Below are positions 1 to 14,895 of a stretch of 64,000 bases of DNA, piece by piece (positions within the stretch are counted from its first letter, which is position 1; the number at the start of each line of letters is the position of its first letter). The notes under the pieces are model-generated. The model did no database searches. It saw only the letters and a program-made list of their open reading frames with translations, and was not told the DNA's origin. This DNA is from Octopus vulgaris (Eukaryota): NCBI GenBank assembly GCA_951406725.2, contig OX597825.1, positions 84,878,001-84,942,000 on the forward strand, in the 5' to 3' direction. Made by a program: the position numbers and the translations under genes.

Positions 1-773
1 GTTGCTGTATTTATCTCCGGTGTTCCTTTATTCTTCCATTCCTAATACGTATCCACTCTGTATATTTCTGTTTTTGTCACTGTGCTATTACTTCTTTCCA
101 AACTGTGCTTCCGTACTTTCTCTTTCGTGTTAAAAACTAAAACATCTAAACACACAGTCATTGCCCTCGAGGAATATTTACAATTCGAAAACGCTTCTAA
201 AAGCTTAGAACAATAAGAAGACAGATCGAGTTTTGAAACAATTTAACGCTATTTCTTTAATCAATGTGATTATATCATTTGTCATGTTATTGTGAATGTA
301 TTTTGAGTTTTATTTTTTAAAACAATTTATTTTAATAATAAAGTTAACACTGCTACAGAAAAAAACTGCGAGAGGTGGAATCGAGACTGAATGATCAAAA
401 GTGATGAGTAATTTAACATTTAATGATTGTCGGTTCGCCTCAGTTATCTGAACAGACTGTTATGTGTTAGAATATATTAATTTTGGAGAATATTCGTAGC
501 ATAATGAAATAAAAGGACTCTTAAATGAAGCATTAGTTTAAATGTAAATTTAATTTCAATGCAGTTCATAATATCAATAAAGTTAATTTCAGTTGAGAAA
601 AATTGACTAAATTTCAAACAAGCATAAACGATAAATCATTTCGTAGTTTTTAGAGTTTTTGCGTAGTTCGGAGATCGATATCTGCCGTCGTCAACATTGA
701 ACTTTGTTCCCCAGCATCAATTAAAAATTTACCTCTAAGACATAATGCCGTAAAAGAAGAGAAAAAAAAAAAC

Positions 774-993
774 ACTTACCGTTTACAAGTTGATGAAAGT
801 ACGAAGAGCAAAGGCACGACGGGCAGCGGTTCAAACTATGAGGGTAACAGAAAAAAATAAAAGCGATAAAACTTTAGCTTCGTAAAAACACTGTTACCAT
901 CTGCATAACTTCACTAATTCATATAAATCGAAGCTATAAGGGTTGGATGTTTTTGTTTTCTGCTGCACTCTTGGTGGCCGTAACAATGGTAAC
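774..993 (-). promoter_or_regulatory. Candidate promoter and non-coding first exon
   Basis: Consensus donor G|GTAAGT on the minus strand (780|779-774), locally CpG-richer non-repetitive sequence, and an RFX X-box-like GTAACAATGGTAAC at 980-993. Confidence 0.3.
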
Positions 994-2480
994 GAGCACT
1001 GAAGATTTCGACTGATTTAGTGACCAAAGAATTGGTAGAACCCTGCATTGATTGAAACCCTGTTACAGTATTTTAGATCTTCTAGATATATTCTTTCGTT
1101 TCCACTAATGCATCCTTTTAGTGGTAGCATGGATTACACAGAAAGAAATTGAAGCATGGTTTTTATGGGCGGAGGCATTTCCTGATGTTTAGGCAAAGCC
1201 TCTCTCTTTTATTCAAGAGGAATTCAGAAGCACAGAGATAGCGACTAATTCTTTGATTGGTAATGTCTATGCAACTTCTTTGAGATGATAATATCTTGTC
1301 AAAATAACCAACCAATTCTGTGTCTGTACAGTGGTAAGTTTGTTACAAACCATTTGTGTTCAAACAATCCTTTGATAAGAAGATATTTAATGCTCAAAAT
1401 TATTGTTTAAAAAATGGGTGCTCCAGCATGACCGCAGCCAAATGACTGCCAGCATGACCGCAGCCAAATGACTGAAAAAAGTAAAGGATAAAGGATAATG
1501 CGAGTACCTCTATGCTGGTATACTGCCTGCTAGATATCATAGTCACATCTCACTCAATCTGCACGCTGTCGATTACCACAATGGTCATATTACTCCTGGA
1601 TTTATATAGAATAAGGGGAAAATGGAGTATTTAGTGGGATCAGGGAGTAGAATATCTCTTTATTGCATTTCCCGTCAAACAATATCAAAATATTCCAACA
1701 AAATCAGTTCCAGTTAACCAAAGACATCGTCTCCTTTGGCTGCGGTTTCAACACCGCAACCTTTAAAAGACTCTCAGTTTTTCAGTTTTATGAAGAAATA
1801 TTAAAAAACTGTATTTTGAAGGAAGAATCAGACTCTATTTTCAATCAAAGAGCGTTATTTCCTTCTAGCTGCTTACCTAACAAGTTGCATTGAACGAAAG
1901 AGGCCATAATGAGTGAGTCTTAGATTTATGAATTCTAGTTTCAGTGTTGACCATCGTAGACTAAAGAATATATATCTTATGCGATCGATGCTATTTCAAG
2001 TACCATTTTATATCAGCGCAAAGAAGCAAAGATGTCACAATGTCAATTTGTTTGGCAGCAAATAAATGCGATGCAACACTTTTACAACTAAATCAATAAT
2101 TTACCTGTCTTCGATATTTTCATTTAAATTAATAATCTTCAACATCGCTTCATAGAAAAATACCAGTTTCTCACAAGACTGAATGTTCCAAAGAACTATT
2201 CTTTAATACCCGCTTCTGCAGGAGTGAATTTTAGCTCTCAATATGATGAAATGTTTAAGACCTGAAAACATAAATATGAATAAATGATAAGATTGTATGC
2301 CGTCGTAAGAGAGAATTCCGCAATTCCAATATTTATTCATAGACAAATTTAGAGAACCCGAAATCTCATATTTCCTTCTCCTCACACAAACGTTACATTG
2401 TAACTGTATTGACTGATCGCTTTTAATGGAAGTAGAACTTCAGATCATCGCTAGTTTATTCACATTCTATTTGTAACTAA

Positions 2481-2660
2481 GGCGGGGGGCTGGCAGAAAC
2501 GTCATTAGTTGCATTCCGAGTTCAAATTCCGCCGAAGTCGACTTTGCCTTTCATCCTCTCGGGGTCGATAAATTAAGTACCAGTTGCGCATTGAGGTCGA
2601 TCTAATCGACTGGCTCCCTCTCACAAAATTTCGGGTCTGTTTGCCTAAAGTAGAAAATAA
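2481..2660 (+). mobile_element. SINE family B (tail type 1)
   Basis: gctggcagaaacg...gagttcaaattccgccgaagtcgactttgcctttcatcc...agtagaaaa. Confidence 0.8.
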
Positions 2661-5600
2661 ATGAAGTGTCTTGTCTAAGAACACAGCTCATCTCCCTCTC
2701 CGGTAACTGAAACCACAGTCTTACCACCCTTCGTACTTCACCCAAACCACTAAATTACGCGCCTTTGATTATAGTAAGGGTTCAATAGAATCTCCTGAAT
2801 ATAATGTCTTCTAAAATTATAAAACCTCACATTTTTGGAAGAGTCAAAGAAAGAGTCAAATATATCGATCGGAGTCTGTCACTGAGACTTTATTTTATCG
2901 ATGAAATCTGTGCTGCAGAATCAATGTTAGTAAAATTAGAGTTCAAAACGCAAAGGTTTTCTACTAAATGCACCAGTGACTCCACTAACCCATTGGTATT
3001 CTACAGATCAAAAGACCAACTGCCATAAATTCATAGCATATTAATCTTTAACCGATCAACCTTTACTAAATGGAGACGAGAATAAAAGGAAACACGAAAA
3101 GACAGGAGAGATTTCAGTGGCAGTCGTGGCATTAGATTGGTTGCAGGGGAGGATATTCATCACACAAATTATGAATAAGTGATTTCCCTTATTACTAAGA
3201 ATTTAAATTTAATTAACAAAAATTTCTTGATTTATTGCATGAACGATATGAACGCTAACTTGACTGTCAATCGTTTCTGCAGCCGACAACCCTAGGCATA
3301 TTTATCGTTTATTACTTACATTTATAGTGTGGTGTATGACATTGTCCATGTCGGTATTCAGTTTCTTTCGAATGATGAGGCGTATCACCAGTAATGAGGC
3401 ACAAGATGCTCCTACATTCCACCCAAACTACTGATATTTCATCATTCTGAAAAAATGTATTATTCATAATTTGGTTATGCAGAAATATAGTACAATAAAA
3501 TGGTAAAATATATTCATTTTTAAAAACTTTTTCCTCTAAATTTTATCATTTATTAAATTTACATGCGATGCGCGAAAATAATATTTTGTTTGATATATCC
3601 AGTGCCTCAAAATCTGAAAATGTTTAGCACCATTTGCTCTAGTCTTTCTAAAATCCCAGTTACTTTTAAATTAGGCTTCGCATAAGACGTCTACGAAGAC
3701 CTAAACATATCCAGAGTTGTCACAGAATTGGTAAAGTTCAGGTAAAATCACCATACTTGAATCGATATTTGCTTCATTAGCCTTCAGACAATATAATTAT
3801 TTAGATATTAGTTTGTTCTAAGATTGCAACAGGTTTTCATTAAAATTTCTTTATTACTACATCGCATATAGTAACAAGAAAATTAAATAACTAATCAAAT
3901 AAGAAAAAAATATGGGGAGAAAATATGACAGTATTAGTGGTCAGTAGCTACAACCAAATTTATTATTTGCGGTTTGTATGGGATAAAACTCAAAATAAGT
4001 TTCAGTTTTATTATATCCTCATCAACGTATTAGACTTCACCGAACTTGTTGAATTAAAGATGAATGACTTCTGACGCGGTATACACGACAGCATATTGGA
4101 AAATTTTTTCTTAAAGATAAAAGCTATACTTAGAGAAACAGCGATGTTTAAATTGCCAACCTTCAGACTATCGTAATATATATGACGTGGAATTAGAGAG
4201 AACGGTTGTTCTATCTGATAGAAATAACAGCTGTATCACTATGAATTCCCCATCGTTCACTCTAAAGTTAGCAGCAATATATAAGGTCAGGCAACGCTAG
4301 ACACTCTGAGTCCGTTTGTCTGAATGCAATACGCCATGGTCGTAGATGACATATTAGGTACTATTCGCAGCTTGATCATCCTGTCTGCTAAATAACAGCA
4401 ATATTCACATCAAAATCTCGCGTTTAATTTCCTTTATTTGAGCACGAAAAGATGAATTGATTAAAAGAAAAAAATAACAGAAGTATAATAATTTATATTA
4501 ACGAAAAGGTAAGGCGATATTTCGCTTTAGAAAAATATGAGTAAATTAGAAAGCAACCCGTGAAACAGCAATCGCTAAAATTCCTTCAAAAAGGAAACAA
4601 GGGAAAAAGGGAATTACTATGAACAACTGGGGGTTTACTTTATTCTGGTTTACAAAATTCAAAGTAAACAAGGAGCTGAAGTAAATATTTTTATTTCTGT
4701 TATTTTCTGTCGGTACTCCACCATTAAAGAGTACATAATTAGTGAACGGTCGAGAGAGGACGTACACGGATGATTGTGCTGCTAGAAATAGAAGCCAAAA
4801 ACTTGCACTGGTAGGCCTAGCGTTCTTTTTAGGGATTTTCCTCTTGTAAGCGAGAGATGAGGTTCCTGTAGTTTCTTGCTGAAAAACCTGCACAGATGAT
4901 TTGCTCAAAGCGATCAAATGTTTTTATGCTAAACAATAGCTCACTCCCCCTATCAAATAAATATTGCCTATACGGGTGCTTATACGGGTGGAAAGCGTCA
5001 GCTCTTGAAATGTTCTCAGAGTAACGTGAGATGAAGAGTTTTAGTCAAGAACACCATGCACTGTCCGGTCCAGGAATGGAACCTACGCTCTCCCGATCGC
5101 AAATGCAACGCTCAAACCATGAGGTCACTCGAATTCACAAACACAACATATACTTCGATAAAATATAAATAAAAATAGTGCGAGAAAGTCATGGCTGGAT
5201 TGTGTAGCTATGAGCAGAGGTGTTCTTATGAGTATGGCCTTAGATTCTGCTAGATCCTTCACACCCCGTAAAAAATCTCGAAGAATAACTGTAAAATGCC
5301 AGAAAACCCGAAATGATTATGTGACGTTGTAAATGGTTTCAGTTTTGATATTTTTACATCGTTAATCTTCTTGAATATGGCATAAACAACCCGAAATCTT
5401 ATTTGGCCTTTCTTTCGTAATAAGGAAACTAGATTTCTGATAGAAATCAATATATCTGCTCTAAATCATGTGACAATTGATCTCCTGGGTATTGGACTCG
5501 TTGATATTTCCGTGAATGTATAAGATTACTTAATTCCAGGTCGTTACACAACGTCGTTATATTTCGTCCGTCATTTATATACGACGTTAAAAGAAAACAC

Positions 5601-5872
5601 AACAGAAAGAAAGAAACAAACGGGGCAATGTCCAAATCAATAGAACATGTTTAGTGATATGTCACATGACTTCGATGTGATATCGCATCATACGAGTTCA
5701 CTGTGACATGTAAGATTGCAGCATCCTTCGAGCTTTCGTTCGTGTCAGATTGAATTATATCAAATAAAGAAGACACGTTGTTGCTGTCTTGAACGTTAAA
5801 AAGGTCTTGAGACAACAACTAAAAAAAAACAAAAAGCGTAGCAACAAAAACATCATCAAGAACAATATTAAC

Positions 5873-5924
<52 letters not shown>

Positions 5925-6366
5925 CCGAAACCGATTACATGATAGTAGCTGTCAGCGAAGAACGGAATCTCAGTAAAATCTATATGTTAGCGTGTTTGGT
6001 CTTATATTAGACATATTTCTTCCGATCTGTTTATATCAAGGAAAAAGATCGCGTTCCTTATCTTCCTCCTTCGTTTCCAAACATGTCTGAGTCGGCCATA
6101 GTTTAATAATCACATACAATTTCCATTCATTTCCAATGAAATTTCACTCTTTACTTTTCTCTTATTTTGAAGGGTGGTACACCTGTAAACAAAAGCACGA
6201 ATACAGTATTTATATAATATATAGAATTGTAAATTCATACAAACATACATACATATACATTATATATACATCTATATGTGTGTATATACATATGTATATT
6301 TATAAAAATACATACACACACACATACACACACACACACACATAGACATACACACACAGACACACA

Positions 6367-6460
<94 letters not shown>

Positions 6461-6467
6461 CATATAT

Positions 6468-6645
6468 ACGATGGGCTTGTTGTAATTTCTATCTTCCAGA
6501 TCCACTCACAAGGCTTTGGTCGGCCCGAGACTATAGTAGAAGACAGTTTGCCCAAAGTGCCACGCAGTGAGACTGAACCGGGAACCATGTGGTTGGTAAG
6601 TCTGGTTGGTAAGTCAGATACTTACCAGACAGCCACTCCTGCGCC
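6468..6645 (-). mobile_element. SINE family A, 5' half
   Basis: Reverse complement of head (cagccactcctgcgcc at 6630-6645) and CORE-like segment; internal 13-bp duplication tggttggtaagtc. Confidence 0.8.
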
Positions 6646-6649
6646 TTTC

Positions 6650-7145
6650 CTTATTTTTTGTTTTTTGCACAATAGCAGCTTACTCGGAGCAGCCGCCCTC
6701 AGCTTCCCCCAAGGCTTCGAAACATCTCCGGAATCTTGCCTATGCATTCTTCACTGTGCCCCTGGGATGACCTTCGAACACCTCTTTGATCTTGGCCATC
6801 AGCTTAGGCTTGCTTCTGCGAGCAGAGCGCTGGGTGTCTTTGTTAACTGCGCCCCACATATAGTAATCTATAAGATTACAATCGGAGGAATTAGGACACC
6901 AGGAAGTAGGGTTGGCGAAATTGTAGTAATACTCCGATAATAACTTCTCGCTTTTCCTCGATACATGACAAGGAGATGAATCCCACTACCACACGTACTC
7001 CTCCTGCAGCAGTCTTGTCAAGCCGGAGATTCGATCACAAGTCCAGAAGATTCACTTAACTGTCTGAATTGATCCTAAGGCCCCGTTCAGATGTATGGTG
7101 ACGAATTAGGGCGTACCGGTGCACTCAGAATGCCCAGGTCCCTTA
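6650..7145 (-). mobile_element. Tc1/mariner DD37D (maT-like) transposase C-terminal fragment
   Basis: Minus strand reads W.PNSSDCNLIDYYMWG (compare WPPNSPD.NPLDY..WG) at ~6905-6850, with YVW..D upstream; disrupted. Confidence 0.7.
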
Positions 7146-7150
7146 CTGTG

Positions 7151-7195
<45 letters not shown>

Positions 7196-7561
7196 TAATA
7201 ACAATAATAATAATAATAAAAATCTTCGTAGCCTCCGTTGTACTTTATGTCTTGCAGCCTTTACAGTGTTTATAGATCACAGAGGATACCACGAATTATT
7301 TAATACGGGTATATCTTTTTCCAGTACTCAAATGGCTACCAGTCGTCCATGTCAGTTACCTTTTCTCAGTTACAACCTCTAATCTTTATACTCTCCAACA
7401 CCGTTGACTGTTCGCCATTGCATCAAGGTGTTCCTCAAAACATAGAAGAGATAAAAAAAAAACGCGTTAAATTTAGCTCCGAAACATTGTATATTCATAC
7501 ATACATAAATAGATACATACAAGCATACGTACACATATATGTACATACATGCATACATGCA

Positions 7562-7621
<60 letters not shown>

Positions 7622-8545
7622 ATAAGAATTTCGATGACTGGATGAGATCCTATGCATGTATATTGATGATGACAAGGATGTCGCTAGCTCTGAGTGACGA
7701 CTTAGAAAAGAAATCTATAGACGTTATTACAAAATGCCATGTATGAAAGAGAAAAGCCAAAGTCGATACCATAAGACAAAAAAAAGTGCGAGATTGAAAT
7801 ATTGAAGGTGACGAAGCGCAAGAGAAGGTGAGGAAGTGTGTGGGAAAGAGAGAGAGGGAGAGAGGGAGAGAGATAGAGAGAGAGAGAGAGAAGAAGAGAG
7901 AGCGTGTGTGTTTCTGGAAGAGAAAGGAATGCTGTGAGACCTAGAGTAGAAATGGGCTGGAAAATGTATAGAAAAGATGAATCCGATGAAAGGTGAAGGG
8001 ATTTCACACCAAAGTCTCCAGTTGGCAAAACCTTTCAGGTAAACTGTCAAAAGACATTATAAGTATAAAAAAAAGAAAGTAAAGAAAATCCGAATGAAAT
8101 AATAATATTAGTAAAAACGATATTCTACCTTGTAGGACGTTAAAAATAGCAACGAAATCTAATCAATTGATGTCTTCTTAAAAACGTTTCTGTAGTCAGT
8201 TCGGATATGCTATCAGTTCAGAGATGTACGCTTTTGGCTGCAAGATGGGTAGTGTCGACCCGGGTTAATTCATGCGGTGTCAATAAATGCAGAAAAGTAA
8301 CTAATATTCTTTGACATTATGTATAAGCAAAGAAACACAGGTTTACAAAGAAACACACCTATATACGTTTCGCCCGTGGAAACTTAACATTTGGCAGATT
8401 CGATGTAAAAAGAGAGGAATTTAGAAAAAAAAATTTTAATGGAAATCTAAAGTAAAGTCTCTTGCGAGGAAGAAATTTCTTCGCTACAATGGTCGCACTT
8501 TTCTATATCAAGTATATGTGACTGAAATGGAGTGCAGTCTTCAGT

Positions 8546-9200
8546 TACATACATACAGAAGTACATACATACATACATACACACACACATACATACATAC
8601 ATACATACATACATACATACATACATACACACACACATACATACATACATACATACATACATACATACATACATACATACATACATACATACATACATAC
8701 ATACATACATAACAGTAAAAATATGCAAAACTTTTCTCAAATTCCAAATGTAAATTTATTTGTAACTACATCCCCAAAATAGAGCATTTTATTTTTGTTG
8801 GAAAACAGCTCCCTCCTGAATGGAAGATTTCTAATAATTAAAATATAGATGAGATATACATATGTACCTGCATACATACATATCGACATACATGCATCCA
8901 TACGTTCATACATACATGCTTCCATATGTTCATATATACATACATACAAACATACATACATGCATGTCTAAGTACATACATATATACATACAAACATACA
9001 TACACAGTACATGCATGCATACGTACATAAATACATACATACATACATACATACAAACATACATACACAGTACATGCATGCATACGTACATTAATACATA
9101 CATACATACATACATACATACATAAATACATACATACATACATACATACATACATACATACATACATACATACATACATACATACATACATACATACATA
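8546..9200. repeat. (ACAT)n microsatellite clusters
   Basis: Tracts at 8546-8711 and ~8870-9200. Confidence 0.95.
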
Positions 9201-10867
9201 CCTAATCGAAGCTGAACATTTTTGTATTGCAACACTGAATGTACACATTTTAATGATTTTCGCGCTTGATATCGGCAGGTAGCCTGATGAAATCGAATCA
9301 TGGATATCCATAAGCATATTGGAATGTGATTTAGGCCTAACTACTTAAAATGGGGCGCATATTCATCAATTCTCTTCTCATGTTCAGATCATCATTAGTA
9401 TTTTTCTAAGTAAATTCTTACTAATTTAGTATCAACAATATGATTTGTGTAAAGAACAACATAAGGAAGAATCGTCCGTTTTCATCCAATAGCCTTGTTA
9501 ACGTGTATGCCAGATGCAAGAGAACGAACTCTTTCAAAATGTTTTCTGTTAGGCATTTCTGAATAAATATTCATTAATATGTTGAATGTGTCAAAAAGAT
9601 CCATGAATCTCATCTTATGTTTAAAAGTCTAAACACAGGTTATAGGTATTTTCGCGACAGAGATTGCAACTTTTAGAACCATAGAACAGGATGATGTTTG
9701 TCACGTGCCGGAAACACTTGATTTGTTTAATTGCTAACATCATCATTTAAACTCTAGAAATTATTGGACATGTTGCTGAGTCTCTAAAATAAGTCTTGCA
9801 TAATTATTTTTATATATCGATATTTTGCAAATACGAAAAATAGAACTGGCTGCGTGAAACTAGTTTGAAAGTATTTGCTTGGTTTATTATAGATGTGTAA
9901 CCGCTGTAATGCTGGAGCAACTGTGGCTTAAGATAACACGATTCTTAATAGTATATAAGGTCTATTAAGAATTGTTTGTGTATAATACTTAGGAAAATTG
10001 TAGAGCATCTAAAATATAGAGATTATGATAGCAAATAAGAGTTCGTTTCCTGTGTATCTTTATGAATTAATTGTATTCAGGTGAGCTCCATTTGTACCGA
10101 CGTTCTTTAGCGTCACAGCCAGTGTGGAAAAAAAAGAAACGTTTCCGGTGTAAGTACAAAACATTTCCTATTCTGTGTGATTGCAACAAGTCTGCTATCT
10201 TTGAATTCCAGAGTATGTAGCTTCTCAGACCATTAGTTTATTGAACGAAGCAATCCTTTGCTAATGATAGTAGAACAATAAGATATGAATGGCTCACTAA
10301 CGATCCATTTAAAATCTGATTCTGGCAACATATGTTTTCATTCTATTCGAATATTCATGTATTTATATATCTATTTTTGTTTATGAAGATTATCAATATA
10401 TAATATAATGGATTAATTAAATCCTTTTTTTATATTTACACATTTATTTGTTATGCATTCTTCAATCTTCCTATTGTTGTTCGCGTTATAGTTTCGTTGA
10501 TGTCAGTAATAATGGCATTCTTGTTGCCGTTTCATCGTGGTTGATTTTGTTGTCACTGAAATTCCTATTAAGGCTTTGTCCATCGCTGCTGTTGTCGTTT
10601 CCCCTTTGCAAACTGTTGCTGTTGCTTCTATTGCATGCTTTCTAGATGTCGCTATTGTTTGTACTGCTGCCGTTCTTGATGTTGTCTCTGTTCTTCTGGT
10701 TAATGTAAGCTGTTGATGTCCTACTTCTGAAACATTTGGTTTTGCTGTCGTTGGGCATTGTGTTGCTACCATTGTTGGTTTTGCTCTTGTTATTGTAGTC
10801 TTTAATGATACTGCTGTGATTAGTGATACTGATGATGATGATGACGACTGTTGATGATGACGATGAC

Positions 10868-10909
<42 letters not shown>

Positions 10910-12570
10910 AGAGTTATTGAATGTTTCTATTCATTTCTTCCCCGCATTCTAACATACTTTTACTTTCTGTTTCACACTTCACATTTACAAATGCATTGTC
11001 AAGACCCCCCACCCCGTCCCACTCTACCCCCACCCCTATTATACTGTAATGTAAATCATGGGAGAGAAAAAGTTTAAAGACAAACAATGAAATAATATTG
11101 TAACAAAGGGAAAAAAACAGTAATAAAATGTCATTACAGAAAATAAATGTTAAATATTTAAGGCAGTAATCAGCGGAAGATCTTTTCTTACTATTTTTTC
11201 TGTATCTGGATGATGCATACTTTGGAAGCAGTAAATGCCGAAGGCAGAAATGTGATGCAGAATATATACAAGAAAAATTCAACAACAATTTACAAAAGAT
11301 AACAACAATATGAACAACCAGCACAATAAAAAAAATAAAACAAATATCAACAACAGCGAAAACAACAACTATACAGCAAATAAAAAAAAATATCGAGAAA
11401 ATACAACATCAAATGTTGAAATAATAATATGAATAAAATCAGATAAATGTGATTGATTCATAAATAAACGAAGACAGATATGTGTAAAAATAACAGCAAC
11501 AATATCAACAACAACCACAGTAACAACAGCAATAACAACAACAACAAACAATAGCATCACGACCACAACGACATCTACAATGAAACATGATACAAATATA
11601 AAGAAGGTTTAGAGATATCCAAGTAAATAACCGTAATATTAGAATTTATATTTGTTTTATGTGTTTTTGTGTTTTGTTGCAAGTGATTTTATAATTAAAA
11701 TATTAAAATGGGTCAGTTACAATCTTTACCATTTCCATTACGAAATGTGTGTCTCCATTTAATTGGCATTTGAATGAATAACGGTACATAACAATGGAAA
11801 AATGTGGCAAAAATCCCTGAACCTGACTTTGTCGTGAGTCGAGATTTGATTTCGCAGTAGATACAGAAAGGCTATCAATATATGTATGTACATATGATGC
11901 CAGTGTGTGTTTACCTATATATATATAGGCATACACGTACACACACGCTCTCCACCACAAACACACACACACACATATATATATATATATGTACACACAT
12001 ACGTACAAACACAAATGTATATATATGTAAACACGTTTCAAAGAAAAAAGTCTACAGGTGGTATATATAGGGGAAATGCGCACGAGTAACGACATCTTTT
12101 TTATAAAAGGAGAGATATATACATACATACCTATATATATATATATATATATATATATGTCACAGTCTTTGTGGTATTTTTGCTGCTTTTTAATAAAGTA
12201 TTTATATATATACATGTGTGTGTTTGTACACATGCAAATCATTGATTTCTATGTGTACACACATGCACGCACACACGATAATTTGAGATGGAATTAAAAG
12301 TACAAACTTTACTGTTATGAGTCAATATAGAAAGCCATACCGGTTTCGTCATCGCTGTTCACTAACCATTACTTTTATACCTAACGTACATTTTGTTTGT
12401 TTTTACTTTTCACACACACGCATACACATATACATATATACATATATATATATATATGAATGAAACAGTTCTAGTCCTGTAGAAGCTCCTTCTATATAAT
12501 AAGTTAATTTTACTCTGCTATGTATTGAGTACCTTATTTACTGTGGTTAACCCCGAATCAACCCGGGACC

Positions 12571-12617
<47 letters not shown>

Positions 12618-13944
12618 GATGCTGCGACATTCAACTTAATGATATGAAGTCATGTTGATGAAAGCTTCTTTAATATTGTAGTGATGGGGAGATTGTATAT
12701 ATGTTGCCATGTAGTATTTTTCCTGTGTAATCAAGAGAGGAGTTACAACAACAATAGAAATATTAGCGACCTAATATTTCTGTTATTTAGACATAAGATA
12801 AATATAATGAATGCAGTGCGTGAGCACAATGCTACCGCGTTATTTTCACGCCTTTTTTTTTCAAGTCATTAATTAGCAACATAAATGAAGCGATCCAGCT
12901 GATCGAGTTCAAACGGAAGATTGAGTCTACATAGAATAAACTTGCAAGGTTAACTTGTTTGGCTTCATATTCAAAAGATGATGTCAAGTAATTCAACAGG
13001 GTACCGGATAAACACCAGAAGGCTTCACGTGTCTGCGCTCAATCCGCATACAGACATCTGTCAAAATATCAGATGATCCCATACGTGACATAGAGGCATA
13101 TAAATCCCTCACAACTACAACAATAACTTACAATGAACTCATGTTCTCTCGATTTTCAACTCTTGATTTAACCCTTCGCATAAAAATATCATCCACATAT
13201 TTTGTCCAAACTTGAACATTCTATAAATGCTATAAATGGCTGAAAAATCACATCCTAGACATTGTACCCAGAGATATAACTTTCATTTCTGTTTTCATAA
13301 ATATTTATGCAAGTACAACCGTACTGCTTTATGTGTAAAGACTATTGCTATGCTTGCATAAATATTGCAGTCACGTGATATAGTTATTACTAATTCAATT
13401 TGATTGGGTTTCAGGGATATTACATAATTCAATCCCCACCCTTCCAGATTTATATAATTCAATCATTTACATTTATCTTTTGACCGCTTATTCTGCACTT
13501 ACATAACTTCAAAATAAGAAAGTATTTACGTAAAAACAAATAATGTTAATTCCAATTAAAATATTAATAAAAAATTATCATAATATGAAATATCAAATGA
13601 CAAAATATAAAAATATATCATTATCTTTTTAATCTGTTTCACTGAGAGAAACGGATAAAACCCGAAGTGTTTATTTTATACAATTATAAAATAATAATTT
13701 TGAAATACAAAAGGCTATTGCGAAATTATAAATAAATTATTAATTAAATAATTGAATTCTGATTCTAAATTCCTTTACAAATCACCAAAAATAAACATAA
13801 ATTGTAAATCTGAATTTATTTATAAACCAATTTGTTTCTGGTGCTTCACATCCGAAACAGATATGTTTAGCCAAAAAAATGGTACATTGACGGGGAACAA
13901 AGTTAATGTATGACAGCAACTTGCACAATGGGCCCGGGTGGGGG

Positions 13945-14325
13945 ATGCAGGGCTGTGAGAGTAACAAGCTCGCTTTGAAACCACGTGGTTCTGTGTTCAA
14001 GCCCTCTGTGCTGTAACTTCGTTCTGTCTGACCACTGGTTTGTGAATGGATTTTGCAGACCAAAGCTGTGTGGAAACGTGTCGTATATGCGTGTGCTTGA
14101 ATGTGTGTGTGTTTGAGTGTGTGTGTGTGAGAGTATCTCTGTGTTTGTCACTTCGTTCTACTGTTTGTTTGCATTCCCTTAACGTAGCGGTTCGGTAAAA
14201 GAAGTTGATAGAATAAACACTAGACTTAAGCGGTGTATACTGGAGTCGGTTGGTGCGACTAAACTCTTCAAAGCGGTGCTGCTACATGGGCGTAGTTCAA
14301 ATACTGAAGCATGTATACAGATAAC
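13945..14325 (+). mobile_element. SINE family A, degenerate
   Basis: Shares aacgtagcggttcggtaaaag..gatagaataa and tcaaagcggtgct with the other copies. Confidence 0.65.
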
Positions 14326-14679
14326 AACGGACAGATCTTTTAACTGCTAGTTCATTATAGCCCAGATATCTTGTCATAAAACGAAAGAAACAAGTTTTAT
14401 TGTGGAGAGTTGTTGATTCTAACTCGGATCAATCTGGACGGACAACATCTGAAATCCCGTGAAATGAGAAACAATGATATTGGCTTCTGATCTTGCCTGA
14501 AGGCCAACAAATTAAAGGGCGCAGGGAGTAGTAGATATCATCGATCTAACTATTGATTGATACTTTCTTTTAACAACATCAGAAGGATGAAGAACAAAGT
14601 CGGCCTTACCGGGATTAAAACTGAAAAGCTGGTAAGATTCAACAAATGCTTTGTGGTTCATTGATATTTGTTTTCCTTA

Positions 14680-14895
14680 AGGCGGCGACGTGGCAGAATC
14701 GTTAGCACACCTGACAGAACATTTAGCAACATTTTGTCCGTCGTTAGGTTCTGAGTTCAAATTCTGCCGAGATTGACCTTCCCTTTCATCCTTTCCTGAT
14801 CGATAAAACAAGTACCGAGTGAAAACTGCGGATCAATGTAATCGACTAACCCCACCACTCGCAAGTACTGCCCTTCTGCCAAAATTTGAAACTAG
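14680..14895 (+). mobile_element. SINE family B
   Basis: ggcggcgacgtggcagaatcgttagcac...gttctgagttcaaattctgccgag...ctttcatcctttc. Confidence 0.8.

Noticed and set aside
1-145. Minus-strand coding exon after the acceptor tgtgtttag
   Set aside because: Stops in all three frames; at most a UTR exon.
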